The notes under the pieces: model-generated | Told to the model about the DNA's origin: nothing | Database searches by the model: none | The model's input: only the letters and a program-made list of their open reading frames with translations | Made by a program: the position numbers and the translations under genes | Shown: positions 4,922 to 5,035 of the stretch, in pieces | Layout of the letters: every line of letters begins with the position of its first letter | Position numbering within the stretch: the first letter of the stretch is position 1 | Assembly (NCBI GenBank): GCA_964510585.1 | Contig: CAZECW010000057.1 | Coordinates: forward strand, 1 to 5,035 | Origin: an uncultured archaeon | GTDB lineage: Archaea > Asgardarchaeota > Jordiarchaeia > Jordiarchaeales > Jordiarchaeaceae | Direction of reading: 5' to 3' | Length of the DNA: 5,035 bases

Positions 4922-5035
4922 CCCAATTGCTGCCCAATATTCGTTTGCGGAGATTAGAGGTTTCCGAAAAATTGTTCTATGAATGCTGGTGCCTCACACA
5001 ACTGCCTACAAATTCTACATAATAGACAAAATTAA

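Larger units (their letters stand above)
2939..5008. mobile_element. Speculative non-autonomous inverted-repeat-bounded cassette carrying the DUF2079 gene
   Basis: TAGGGAGTTGTGT (2939-2951) matches the reverse complement of 4996-5008, TAGGCAGTTGTGT, at 12/13. CAA lies directly outside both ends. TAGAACAA is a second shared inverted block. No transposase is present. Confidence 0.2.

Noticed and set aside
130-5035. CRISPR array or tandem repeat array in the spacers
   Set aside because: No regularly spaced repeats of 24-40 bp were found; the direct repeats seen are at most about 10 bp and occur in pairs.

Overview
Archaeal-looking DNA (GGTGA-type ribosome-binding site, BRE+TATA boxes, probable TTG start, oligo-T terminator) from a probable surface-glycosylation locus. 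A Bathyarchaeia-like origin is only my impression. The window holds: (i) the first 43 codons of a minus-strand NAD-dependent epimerase/dehydratase (1..129, missing from the ORF track); (ii) a 526-aa polytopic membrane protein with GT-C glycosyltransferase-like architecture, whose C-terminal domain begins like STT3/AglB but lacks WWDYG (773..2353); (iii) a DUF2079-family, GT-C-like membrane protein (3197..4840). Two long AT-rich spacers (643 and 843 bp) carry several inverted repeats. The most unusual signals are a 12/13-bp inverted repeat with a 3-bp flanking direct repeat bracketing the DUF2079 gene (a possible transposase-free cargo cassette), an 11-bp perfect TGT...ACA inverted repeat with pseudoknot potential, and patchy codon usage inside the DUF2079 gene. 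I found no CRISPR array, tRNA, rRNA, transposase or defence gene. No clearly new system is demonstrated; the candidates are hypotheses.
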